Counted from the first letter of the stretch, positions 1 to 8,491 are shown. The stretch: 64,000 nt of DNA from Paramuribaculum sp. (GCA_029052015.1 JAIDJW010000033.1:59-64058), one strand, 5' to 3'. The notes: a model not told the origin generated them from the letters alone. Numbers and translations are program-made.

Positions 1-887
1 GCCGAGACCACCGACGAAGCGGCCGTTGCCCCGGAATTGCCGACCGCACCGACTATCCTCACGGCATTGGTATTATCGGCAAAACGCTCCATATTGCCGC
101 CTTTGAGGGTGACAAGGCTCTGCAGCGAGCCCTTGAAGAGCATTCCTGTGCCGGAAAGAGCATATCGCAGCCGTTTGTCGCCGTAGCCTCCTCCAGCCTC
201 CACTGTGCCCATTGGCTTGAAGAGAGCCTTGGACTTGAGCTTGATATTGACAGCGACGTTGTCGCTCACCTTATCCTTGTCAATCTTCAGGTCGTGATGA
301 TTGGAAATCACCTGCACGTCCTTCACATAATCGGCGGGAATGCTCCGCGTGGCTATGGAATATCTGCCGCCGAGCATATCGAGCCCCTCGACATAAAAAT
401 TGCTTATGTCCTTGCCCATGTACTTTATCACTCCGTTGTCCTCGACCGTGATACCGGGAATTTTCTTCAGCGCGTCCTCAAGCACCACATCGCCCTTGCC
501 CTTGAACATGTCGAGAAAGAAGCTCAGGGTGTCACCCCTCAGCTTTACGGACGGAGCGGCAACAACAACCTCGCGAAGCTCGCGCGACCTGGGCGTCATC
601 ACCACATCGAGAACATTGCCGGCGGGTAGCGGCTTTGTCACCTTGTCGTATGAAAGATGCTCGAATGTAACGCTGAGTGAATCGCTGCGCCGGGGCACCT
701 TCAGAGAATAGGAACCGTCGGATTTAGTGCGCGCGAATGATCGCGTGAGCCTGCCTTTCACAAGTTTTACGGTCACAGACTGCACCGGAGCGCCATCGGT
801 ATCCATAACGGCACCCGTTATGATTTCCTGCGCGTAAACGCCCGAAAACGCCGCTAACGCAAGAATAAACGCGATGATTCGTTTCAT
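1..887 (-). CDS. TonB-dependent-receptor-like outer-membrane protein with N-terminal carboxypeptidase-regulatory-like domain (5' part; runs off the window start)
   Basis: Absent from the ORF track because it is open at the edge. Manual translation from ATG at 887 gives MKRIIAFILALAAFSGVYAQEIITGAVMDTDGAPVQSVTVKL...LREVVVAAPSVKLRGDTLSF...LEDALKKIPGITVEDNGVIKYMGKDISNFYVEGLDMLGGRYSIATRSIP, i.e. signal peptide, CarboxypepD_reg-like domain and plug-like region typical of barrels encoded next to GLPGLI genes. ATGA overlap with the upstream gene. Confidence 0.85.
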   Translation of the reverse strand, partial: MKRIIAFILALAAFSGVYAQEIITGAVMDTDGAPVQSVTVKLVKGRLTRSFARTKSDGSYSLKVPRRSDSLSVTFEHLSYDKVTKPLPAGNVLDVVMTPRSRELREVVVAAPSVKLRGDTLSFFLDMFKGKGDVVLEDALKKIPGITVEDNGVIKYMGKDISNFYVEGLDMLGGRYSIATRSIPADYVKDVQVISNHHDLKIDKDKVSDNVAVNIKLKSKALFKPMGTVEAGGGYGDKRLRYALSGTGMLFKGSLQSLVTLKGGNMERFADNTNAVRIVGAVGNSGATAASSVVS

Positions 888-1801
888 TTCAGCTCAAGCG
901 GCTGATAGATATTGACCGGTGTGCGCTGCTGAATGCCGTTGACAAAAATCGAACCCCAGTCGCCGCCGTTTTTCTTCACTGAGATGTCGGTTATCATCGC
1001 AGGATTGATGGATTTCATGGGATTTTGCGCCTGGCTGTTCTTTATGCCGACGAATTTGTCGCGGTCGGTCTTTACGGTGCGCTTGTCCTTGGCTCGGAGC
1101 AGCGGCACATTGCTCTTTGTGAAACTGATGAGCTTGAATTCATGTATGCCGTCGGCATCGGAAGCCTTGACAACAAGCCCGGGGAGTCCGGCAAGTTTCC
1201 AGGGACCGTATGCGGCAGGTATCTCCTCCGTGTACCACACTGTCCACTTTCTTCCTCCGTAGCTACCTGTGGCTTTGGCTATATTGTATCCTGCAAGTGT
1301 GTCGGTCTCCTCTGTGAGAAACCATTCAATATCAGCAAACGGTTCCTCGTAGGACACGACTGTCACTGCCGACATATCATTGACAACCGTCTTGCCCATC
1401 GGAATATTCTGAGTAACTACGGGAACGAAGAAGTTTTCAGTGACGAACTGCTTGCGACGCTCCTCTTCTACAGCCTGCGCAGGTGCTCCGGCGGCGGCGA
1501 GTGAGTCAGCGCTGTAGGTGATGTAATCGGTAAAGACGGCCCCGTCATCACCGATGCGCAGAGCTGTGGCGTAGAGCTCGCTAACAGGATTGCCCTGCTT
1601 GTCCTGAGTATTGATTTTGTAGTCATAGAGAGCTGTGTATTTGCCCTCGCCGAGCTTCTCGAACTCGTTTACAATCTCCTCGCTCATTTGAGTTGCCTCA
1701 GATGTCTTCTTTACTGTTACGCCTCCGCCTTTCACTACTACCTGGGAGGACGCGCCGAGCGCGGTTGCTGCGGCAAGAATTAATGTGACTATTTTTTTCA
1801 T
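884..1801 (-). CDS. GLPGLI family exported protein
   Basis: WYTEEIPAAYGPWKLAGLPGLVVKA signature and signal peptide MKKIVTLILAAATALGASSQ. Start at 1801 preferred over the ORF-track start at 1831 because a -7 box lies at 1820-1827. Confidence 0.9.
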   Translation of the reverse strand: MKKIVTLILAAATALGASSQVVVKGGGVTVKKTSEATQMSEEIVNEFEKLGEGKYTALYDYKINTQDKQGNPVSELYATALRIGDDGAVFTDYITYSADSLAAAGAPAQAVEEERRKQFVTENFFVPVVTQNIPMGKTVVNDMSAVTVVSYEEPFADIEWFLTEETDTLAGYNIAKATGSYGGRKWTVWYTEEIPAAYGPWKLAGLPGLVVKASDADGIHEFKLISFTKSNVPLLRAKDKRTVKTDRDKFVGIKNSQAQNPMKSINPAMITDISVKKNGGDWGSIFVNGIQQRTPVNIYQPLELK

Positions 1802-1819
1802 GATCATAAGGATTTTTGG

Positions 1820-1827
1820 CAAAAGTA
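1820..1827 (-). promoter_or_regulatory. Bacteroidetes sigma-70 -7 element (TACTTTTG)
   Basis: Matches TAnnTTTG about 20 nt upstream of the GLPGLI ATG. Confidence 0.6.
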
Positions 1828-1901
1828 TCAATAAAAGCCGTCAATCTGTTACAATCTAACATTTTTTGTGCTTTATTTTGATGAGTTTCAACTAATCATC
1901 C

Positions 1902-1933
1902 TACCCCCCCTATAGTTAATTCATGTTAACACA
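1902..1933. repeat. Direct repeat copy 1: TA-C7-T-ATAGTTAATTCATGTTAACACA
   Basis: The 22-bp core at 1912-1933 is identical to 7449-7470. Both copies are preceded by TA plus a poly-C run and contain the palindrome GTTAA-N6-TTAAC. Confidence 0.9.
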
Positions 1934-1936
1934 CGC

Positions 1937-1978
1937 AAAAAAATAAAGCAGGGAGAGAAGCCCTGAGGCAACTCTCCC
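1937..1978 (-). terminator. Intrinsic terminator of the six-gene envelope operon
   Basis: GGGAGAG-TT-GCC-TCAG-GGC-TT-CTCTCCC hairpin followed by TGCTTTATTTTTTT on the minus strand, about 35 nt past the stop at 2014. Confidence 0.75.
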
Positions 1979-2013
1979 AAACTTTACATCGTATAAACCG
2001 TAAACCGTAAACC

Positions 2014-3528
2014 TTACTTTTTCTTCTTCAGGCGAAGGAAATATCCGGTGTAGTCCTTGCCTTTTTTGCCCTTGAATGCAGAAGCCATAAGACTGGCAGC
2101 ATCTTCTCTGGCGCCCTCTTCATCCTTTACCTCGGCGCCTTTGTTTTTCTCCTCTTTCTTTTCTGCGAGCTCGTCTACCGCACCATAACGGTTATCCCAA
2201 ATGCGGGTTTCATCAGGTTCTACAGTTGCGACAGCCTTGTAAGTAACGCGACCGGTTGCAGGATCCTCAATCGCTTCAAGGACTTCGTACTTGTCACCTT
2301 TCTTGAGATCTTCTTTCAGACCGATGCCCGCATATATGGTGCCGTCCTCATCACAGCGAGAGATGGGAGCGATGGTGCGGAACACCTCGTGCTTGCTCTG
2401 GAGCTTGCATATAGCGTTGTCAATAGCGCGTGCTGTAGCGCGCTCGATAAGTGTGCTCTGGGGAGTTGTGTTGAAGATGCTCTGGCGCACATTGCAACCT
2501 GCCTTGTCCTTACCCACGAAGCTGAGCTTGCACAGACCGGTGGCAACCAGGTCCTCGATACTCTTGTTCTGGTCATAGATTTTTTCAGCGAATTCTGCCG
2601 AAATCTCATCGTTCCAGTCAAGTTTGTAAAGATATGTCACAGCCTGCACCTGGAAACCCTCACCTGCAGCAGCGCTGGCAACAGCACCTGCTACTTTGCC
2701 GATGCTGCCAAACATACCCTCTGCCATAGCCTGGCTCTCTGCCACTACAGCCTGATTGCTGCGGAAGCGGAGATTTACGGCGAGAACGTATGTGTTGTTG
2801 ATTAGATCAAAGCCCTTGCCTGCGAGATTGCTTGCAAAGAAACCGCTTTCCTTTGCCTTTGCGAGATCTTCGGCCGATGCGTTCTGGAGACCGCGCTCCT
2901 GAATGAGCTTCACATCCTTGTCCCAAGCGCCGTTTTCATAACCAAACCATTTGCCGATGAGGTCGGCTGCGGTGTTGTTGCCCTGGAAACTCTTGGCGAT
3001 AACTGCGGGAAGGTAGTCTTCCATGTCGTCGGTGGAGAGCATGGCTGAATTCGATGTGCCTGCCTGAGCGGCCATAGTAGAAGCAGCCACTCCTTTTGCA
3101 AATGAGCCAAACTTCTTGCCGTTTGACTTCTTTTCAGCATACTGTGCTTTCTCCTCATCGGTAACTGTGGCTTTGACTGCATCATAGTCGATGACGCGGA
3201 GAGCAAGGTTGTGGTCGTTAAACTGTGAAGGAATGGGAATATTCGGGAATTTCAGAAGAGGTATCTCCACAACGGGAATTCCCGCCATAGAATCGTTTGC
3301 CGCTTTCTTTGCATCAGTATTTGCAAGTCCTTTGGCAATATCCATGAATTCATTGGTCTTAGTCTCGTCAATCTGTTTCTGCAGACGAGCGTTCTGCTCG
3401 TCACTCTTGACAAGAATAGTGTAAAGTGAGCTACGCATGTAGGTAGGCTCATTGTCTGCTATGGCAACTGCGGGAGCTGCAAAGCCAACGATAGTTGCGA
3501 TAGCGGCAACTTTGCTGATTAGTTTCAT
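2014..3528 (-). CDS. Exported hypothetical protein with a C-terminal region resembling FlgT/CsgG-associated beta domains
   Basis: 504 aa with signal peptide. C-terminal IYAGIGLKEDLKKGDKYEVLEAIEDPATG resembles the FlgT C-terminal pattern (by eye only). Confidence 0.7.
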   Translation of the reverse strand: MKLISKVAAIATIVGFAAPAVAIADNEPTYMRSSLYTILVKSDEQNARLQKQIDETKTNEFMDIAKGLANTDAKKAANDSMAGIPVVEIPLLKFPNIPIPSQFNDHNLALRVIDYDAVKATVTDEEKAQYAEKKSNGKKFGSFAKGVAASTMAAQAGTSNSAMLSTDDMEDYLPAVIAKSFQGNNTAADLIGKWFGYENGAWDKDVKLIQERGLQNASAEDLAKAKESGFFASNLAGKGFDLINNTYVLAVNLRFRSNQAVVAESQAMAEGMFGSIGKVAGAVASAAAGEGFQVQAVTYLYKLDWNDEISAEFAEKIYDQNKSIEDLVATGLCKLSFVGKDKAGCNVRQSIFNTTPQSTLIERATARAIDNAICKLQSKHEVFRTIAPISRCDEDGTIYAGIGLKEDLKKGDKYEVLEAIEDPATGRVTYKAVATVEPDETRIWDNRYGAVDELAEKKEEKNKGAEVKDEEGAREDAASLMASAFKGKKGKDYTGYFLRLKKKK

Positions 3529-3561
3529 AAAAGGTATATTAATAATTGGTTTCTTTGATGA

Positions 3562-4527
3562 TTAAAGCCAGTAGTGGCGGATGATAGTCTTGGGTTGGTT
3601 TTGTGCGCGAGCAACTGCAACGCTCTTGGCGGCATCGACAACTTTCATGCGAAACGCGTGGTCGTTTGCCATCCGCTTTTTTTCCATTGCAAGAGCGTCC
3701 TCATACTTCTTGACATTCTCAAAAACCCACTGCTCCTTTACGGCGCTGGACATCTTTTTAGAAAGCACATTTGCGCGAGCTTTAGCGCTTGCGCTGGGGT
3801 CGATTCGCGCAATCAGGTCAAAAGCTTTTCTCGCACCGGCGGCCGTTGGGTCAGCACCCCATTCTGCCTCTGCCTGTGCCAGTAGCTGATCTCCTTCATA
3901 CTCCGTACGGTGATTGTAAGCTTCCAGCATAAGGTCCTCTGCCTCAGCGTATGCAGGACAGCATTCAGGTATCTGTGAAGCAACATAGATAGCCTCGTCA
4001 TAGTCGCGTTGGTTCATGGCGCTACGGGCTTTTTTGAGAAGCACGGGAGCATAGTTGACATAGTAGTCAAGGATTTTTTTCTTTCCCTCCTCAACAAATG
4101 CCTTGAACTCAGCATTCTGGGCGTTGAGACGACTCATGGCATTGACATAGGCTCGTTCTTCGGATATGCCTGCGCCCTTGAGCTCAAATGACTTTGAAGC
4201 GAACACTTTCTGGTCATCACCATCGCCGATATATACCGTAAGAGTTGTTTTTACGAGGAATTTTTGTGACGGACCGGGAGTTACGTCAAGAAATCCCTTG
4301 TCAAACCGCCCTGCGAGAAAGAAACGGCTACTGTATGCGTCGCCGGCAAGACCGGCAGCGGCAGCAGCACGGGTCAGACGCATCTGAAGTTGGTTTTCTA
4401 CGGCTTTGCTCACCTCATCGCCCTGCTTGATTTCAGCTACTGCGATGTGGAGCTCACACTCAGCCATTGCAAGAGGCGAACCCAAAAGCATGGCGGCTGC
4501 AATGGCGCAAATTGATTTTCTTATCAT
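3562..4527 (-). CDS. Exported hypothetical protein: alpha/beta N-terminal domain plus TPR-like helical region
   Basis: 321 aa with signal peptide. LLKKARSAMNQRDYDEAIYVASQIP is TPR-like. Sits in the operon with short spacers. Confidence 0.7.
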   Translation of the reverse strand: MIRKSICAIAAAMLLGSPLAMAECELHIAVAEIKQGDEVSKAVENQLQMRLTRAAAAAGLAGDAYSSRFFLAGRFDKGFLDVTPGPSQKFLVKTTLTVYIGDGDDQKVFASKSFELKGAGISEERAYVNAMSRLNAQNAEFKAFVEEGKKKILDYYVNYAPVLLKKARSAMNQRDYDEAIYVASQIPECCPAYAEAEDLMLEAYNHRTEYEGDQLLAQAEAEWGADPTAAGARKAFDLIARIDPSASAKARANVLSKKMSSAVKEQWVFENVKKYEDALAMEKKRMANDHAFRMKVVDAAKSVAVARAQNQPKTIIRHYWL

Positions 4528-4545
4528 AGCATGGAGGGATTTGGT

Positions 4546-5484
4546 TTATTTTTCACCGATAGCAAGACTTCCGGAGCCAAGAGTCGAACTTGTATTTTCA
4601 GCTCTGATGCCAAGAGATTTGAGATGTGCCTGCAGACCGGCTACAAACTGCTTGGCGTTTATAGCTTTGCCGGAAGCATCGCGCATTGGCACACGCACCT
4701 GATGATACGCAAGTCGATTGCGTGTCGAACTCCTCTCTGTAAAGCGATGATCCTGAGTGTTCTCATGCATCCAGTCATAAATGATATTGCCGAGTTCCTT
4801 GCCACCGAATTCTGTGTTGAAGTTGAGACCTGAGCCATTGTCAATAATCCGGAAATTCATACGCATCTCGCGTCCGTTTGCCTGCACATCGGCAAAATGA
4901 TTCATGAGCTGGGTGCAGAATTCGTCCATATTGCTCTTCATGGCCTCTGTGATAGCGGCGCTCAGAGGAGTTGTGCGGGGCACAGGCGCACCCTCGGAAG
5001 TCACTGCGGCTATGCTCTTGTTAGAATATGAATCAAGAGCCTCGAGACGATATGAAAGACTATAATTGAAGCCTACTGAATTTTTAATCCAACCGATTTT
5101 GATGATGATGTCCGGCTTGGCGTTTGCAATGATGATATCTGAGCTGCTTTTAGCGTATGAACTACCGGTCTCAGCGCCTTCAAAAGCCTCATCCTCCATT
5201 TCATCAAGATCATCGCTTTCCTGCTCAGCGCCGAAGTCCTTCAAGGGGAATCCACGCTGTGCGAAAACAGAATTAACTCCTGTTTTTACCTGTGTGAGCT
5301 CCTGGTCAAGAAATGCTTTCTCGTAGTCCTCATACACTTTTGTTTTGCCGCCACGGTCTACCTGATTGACATAACCCTGTGCATTACACCAGGTTTTGTC
5401 TGGCAGCAGCATTATTGAGGGTGCCTCGGCGTAAACAGAAACAGCCATGACGCCGGCAGCGATAAGTGATATTATTTTCTTCAT
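4546..5484 (-). CDS. DUF6175 family exported protein
   Basis: PSIMLLPDKTWC...GFPLKD...DIIIKIGW...LEALDSYSNKSIAA...QVRVPM pattern and a signal peptide. Confidence 0.7.
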   Translation of the reverse strand: MKKIISLIAAGVMAVSVYAEAPSIMLLPDKTWCNAQGYVNQVDRGGKTKVYEDYEKAFLDQELTQVKTGVNSVFAQRGFPLKDFGAEQESDDLDEMEDEAFEGAETGSSYAKSSSDIIIANAKPDIIIKIGWIKNSVGFNYSLSYRLEALDSYSNKSIAAVTSEGAPVPRTTPLSAAITEAMKSNMDEFCTQLMNHFADVQANGREMRMNFRIIDNGSGLNFNTEFGGKELGNIIYDWMHENTQDHRFTERSSTRNRLAYHQVRVPMRDASGKAINAKQFVAGLQAHLKSLGIRAENTSSTLGSGSLAIGEK

Positions 5485-5523
5485 CGTTTTTTAGTGTGAT
5501 TGGTTTATCTGTCTGTATATTTG

Positions 5524-6024
5524 TTAAGGTTTAAGGATTCCGTCTTTTACAAGCTGATCGCGCAGCGCACGGCGGTCAACATCAAGCACCACTCCGTATC
5601 CGTCGATTGATTTAGTGGAGCCCTTCATTCGCGCTTCGCCGCTCTTGCTGTTTTCTTTCACATACTTGCGGTATTTGCCGCCATCCCTGAAGAAAGGGGC
5701 AAAATAATAATCGTAGCGCTCGCGTCCGTTTACCTCCATTACCAAAGGATGACGCTCGGCACCCTGAACCCCCTGCGAGAATCCGTTGAACAGCACGGTG
5801 GCGAGAGCATTTTTCTTTGCCTGCTCCACTGCCTCGCTCTGACTGGTGCCCCTACCCCATGCACGCACGGTGAGTGTGCCGTCACCGTTCTGACCGAGAC
5901 ACACGGTTTCCATATTGGTATAAGCGGCAGCGGGCACCACAGTGGGCTTTTTGCTGCAACCGCCTGTAGTTGTCGCTGCAACCGCGATAAGCGCGCAAAC
6001 GATTAGTCTGACAGTTTTTTTCAT
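5524..6024 (-). CDS. Hypothetical lipoprotein (LPP20/FlgT-N-like), paralog of 6761..7264
   Basis: Signal peptide ending ...TTGGC (lipobox-like). Contains AWGRGTSQSEAVEQAKKNALATVLFNG and shares LF(N/K)G, FxPFF and LRxxLxKxG motifs with the 167-aa protein. Confidence 0.7.
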   Translation of the reverse strand: MKKTVRLIVCALIAVAATTTGGCSKKPTVVPAAAYTNMETVCLGQNGDGTLTVRAWGRGTSQSEAVEQAKKNALATVLFNGFSQGVQGAERHPLVMEVNGRERYDYYFAPFFRDGGKYRKYVKENSKSGEARMKGSTKSIDGYGVVLDVDRRALRDQLVKDGILKP

Positions 6025-6032
6025 AATATGAG

Positions 6033-6761
6033 TTAGAATTCGTAGCCTAATTTGAGACCTAGAAATGATAGCACCTGACGCTTGCGCTCACCCTCTTTAT
6101 TAATTAGCGGAAGCTGCTGCGCAGTGTAATTGAGGGATACAAGGAACGACGACCGGTCGACACCGAACTTGAAGCCTATGGCAGGTCGCGCCATAAGACC
6201 GTCACGGAACGCACCGCCGAGATCAACAGAATAGTATGGAACTATGCTGCGATATGCGTGTCCGAGAAGATTGCCGCGCACATTGAAGTAAAGCGGTATA
6301 GCCCATTTTACAGAGGAGTCGCGGAAATCGGGAACCTGACTGAAGTAGTGTCGATAGCCTACTCCAAGACCGATGCGGGCATACTGGCTGCCGCGATAAC
6401 CGAACACAAAGTCTCCTTCGGCATACATTCTGTTAGTGTGGCTCACCCTTACAGAACTACCTGCCCCTATCTCAAACGCACACCAGAATCCGTGCTCCAT
6501 AGAGCGCAGCCGGGTGAGGTTGCCATCATGCCCGACTGATGGCACTTCCGGTGCCTGACGCGTGATTTTACGCACCTCAGTCATATTATAAGTATATAAC
6601 TGACCGTTTTCGCTTCGGATCGTTATACTGACATTGGGCACTTCGCTCTCGATATATCCTTTGATGACGCTACCGTTGTTGAGGTATATGTAATCGGCGC
6701 TCCTGGCGCCGGCACCGAGCGCGCACACTACCAGTGCGAGCAGCATAATCAGTTTCTTCAT
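6033..6761 (-). CDS. Small outer-membrane beta-barrel with N-terminal soluble domain
   Basis: Signal peptide, N-domain DYIYLNNGSVIKGYI, amphipathic beta strands and a C-terminal BAM-type signal LGLKLGYEF. Confidence 0.8.
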   Translation of the reverse strand: MKKLIMLLALVVCALGAGARSADYIYLNNGSVIKGYIESEVPNVSITIRSENGQLYTYNMTEVRKITRQAPEVPSVGHDGNLTRLRSMEHGFWCAFEIGAGSSVRVSHTNRMYAEGDFVFGYRGSQYARIGLGVGYRHYFSQVPDFRDSSVKWAIPLYFNVRGNLLGHAYRSIVPYYSVDLGGAFRDGLMARPAIGFKFGVDRSSFLVSLNYTAQQLPLINKEGERKRQVLSFLGLKLGYEF

Positions 6762-7264
6762 TACCAGCCGCTGTTTAGTCCGCGAATAACTCCCTGCTTC
6801 TCCAGATCCTGACGCAGGAGAGCGGTGTTGATTGTGAGCTGTACGGATACCTTGAACTGTTTGCCGTATTTCGCTACCCTGCGTGTATGCTCAACAAACT
6901 GCACATAGTTCATATAATCACCGTTTGCAAAAAACGGGGTAAAGAAGTCGGAATGCTGTGTCTTTACCGTGGGCGAGCCGGCCATCGGATTGTGACGGGT
7001 AGCTGTGCCGGAAAGAGTGTTGGTAGAATCATCATACCCTTTAAAAAGGATTGCATTGACTGCAGCTTCTGCAAGCTGTTTGTCTGTAACCTTATCGGCT
7101 TTCTTGGCTACAATAGTTACGCGCACGTTGGCGCTGCCATTGTTGCCGGCTCCGGCTCCTTCGAGATATGCCTCTGACACATCGGGTGCCTTGTCCTTGG
7201 CAAATGTGGATGGAGCGGTGACTGCCATAACAAGCAGTACTGCCATCGAGAGAAATTTACGCAT
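6761..7264 (-). CDS. Exported hypothetical protein, first gene of the operon, paralog of 5524..6024
   Basis: 167 aa with signal peptide. Motifs AAVNAILFKGY, FFTPFFANGDYMNYV, INTALLRQDLEKQGVI. Its stop overlaps the next start (TAATG). Confidence 0.75.
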   Translation of the reverse strand: MRKFLSMAVLLVMAVTAPSTFAKDKAPDVSEAYLEGAGAGNNGSANVRVTIVAKKADKVTDKQLAEAAVNAILFKGYDDSTNTLSGTATRHNPMAGSPTVKTQHSDFFTPFFANGDYMNYVQFVEHTRRVAKYGKQFKVSVQLTINTALLRQDLEKQGVIRGLNSGW

Positions 7265-7412
7265 GTCTGTGTCTTTTTATATTAATTAGTTGGTATTCTG
7301 TCCATATTATAGTCCGCAGATATTCTTTAATAAGCATCCGGGAGCTATTCACATCCTGTTGTTCGCAGATCATAACATTAATTACATTTAATTAAAATTA
7401 TGACCTCGGGTG

Positions 7413-7420
7413 CAAATTTA
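7413..7420 (-). promoter_or_regulatory. -7 element (TAAATTTG) of the six-gene operon
   Basis: TAnnTTTG match. The expected -33 position falls on the adjacent poly-G tract. Confidence 0.6.
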
Positions 7421-7437
7421 TGAAATATGGGTCAAAA

Positions 7438-7470
7438 TACCCCCCCCCATAGTTAATTCATGTTAACACA
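7438..7470. repeat. Direct repeat copy 2: TA-C9-ATAGTTAATTCATGTTAACACA
   Basis: 22-bp core at 7449-7470 is identical to copy 1. The poly-C run is 9 nt here versus 7 nt in copy 1. Confidence 0.9.
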
Positions 7471-7493
7471 ACACAAACATGCGGTTAAAAGGG

Positions 7494-8399
7494 TCATTTC
7501 ACGGCTTTTGTCGCCGATTTACTGATTGTCACGAGATATACTCCACAAAAGATAAATAAAACAGCCATACATTTGGCAGGAGTAAAAGCGTCAAGCCCAA
7601 GAGTAACACCTACTACAGAGGCCACTACAGGCTGAACATAATTGTACATACCGACGAGAGTTGGCCGCAAGTGTTTCTGACCAATCATTATGCATATATA
7701 GGCAAGAAAGGTGGCACAGCACACCACAAAAGCCACGCCTCCCCACTCTAACGCTGATATACGGGTCCACAACACAGCTTTCCACTCAGCGAGCGAGAAC
7801 GGGGTGATAGCTATCGCGGCGAAAGTGAACATCCATTTCATCAAGGTGACCACTGAATACTTTTTAATGAAATTGCGGTAAAAGGTCAGATACAACGCGT
7901 AGCTTAGCTGAGCTGTAAGCACCAGGAGGTCTCCGAGAACATGGTTTGAGCCTGACTGAGAAACGCTCTTGCCTGACAGAACAAGCAATAGAGCTCCTGC
8001 AGCGCCGAGTGCCACTCCTCCCGCCTTCTTCAGTGTAATCGGTTCGCCGAGAACTACGGCGGCAAGCACCATGACCCATAGCGGCATGGTGGTGGTTATT
8101 ATGGATGCCTCCCCGGGAGATGTCATCCCGACACCGAATATATAGCATCCCTGATTGAAAAGAATGCCGAGCATTGCGGCTCCGGCAAGCAAAAGCAAAT
8201 CAAGCGGCGCCACTTTTTCTTTTGCAGTAAATACTGATGTAGTCCAAAACAGCACAGCCGCACCGATTATGCGGAAGTCGGTAAGCAGCAGCGGAGTGAC
8301 AATGCCGCCGGCAAGAACGAGCTTCGCCACCGGAGCCATTAGTCCCCACATGGTATTGGCACCGAGCATTGCAAGATGTCCTTTCAGCTTCTCATTCAT
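7494..8399 (-). CDS. DMT/EamA family transporter
   Basis: About 10 hydrophobic segments in two EamA repeats (LGEPITLKKAGGVALG; YNYVQPVVAS). Confidence 0.9.
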   Translation of the reverse strand: MNEKLKGHLAMLGANTMWGLMAPVAKLVLAGGIVTPLLLTDFRIIGAAVLFWTTSVFTAKEKVAPLDLLLLAGAAMLGILFNQGCYIFGVGMTSPGEASIITTTMPLWVMVLAAVVLGEPITLKKAGGVALGAAGALLLVLSGKSVSQSGSNHVLGDLLVLTAQLSYALYLTFYRNFIKKYSVVTLMKWMFTFAAIAITPFSLAEWKAVLWTRISALEWGGVAFVVCCATFLAYICIMIGQKHLRPTLVGMYNYVQPVVASVVGVTLGLDAFTPAKCMAVLFIFCGVYLVTISKSATKAVK

Positions 8400-8419
8400 A
8401 ATAAAGCCTTAACGCATAA

Positions 8420-8453
8420 ATAATGCCCCCCGCGTGGTTGCAGACGGCATTAT
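8420..8453 (-). terminator. Possible terminator hairpin after the MIPS gene
   Basis: ATAATGCC...GGCATTAT inverted repeat about 40 nt after the stop. The U-tract is weak. Confidence 0.4.
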
Positions 8454-8491
8454 CGTAATTCAATCTGAATCTTGATATAAGGAAGAATCTA

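Noticed and set aside
294-711. Two + strand ORFs at the window start
   Set aside because: They are shadows of the edge-truncated minus-strand TonB-receptor-like gene.
1912-1933. Resemblance of the repeat to a dif/XerD arm or an integron attC core
   Set aside because: Only ATGTTAA matches, there is no XerC arm or long attC hairpin, and the window looks origin-proximal rather than terminus-proximal.
1994-2013. TAAACCG x3 tandem repeat
   Set aside because: A short microsatellite in a 3' UTR with no spacers, so not a CRISPR array.
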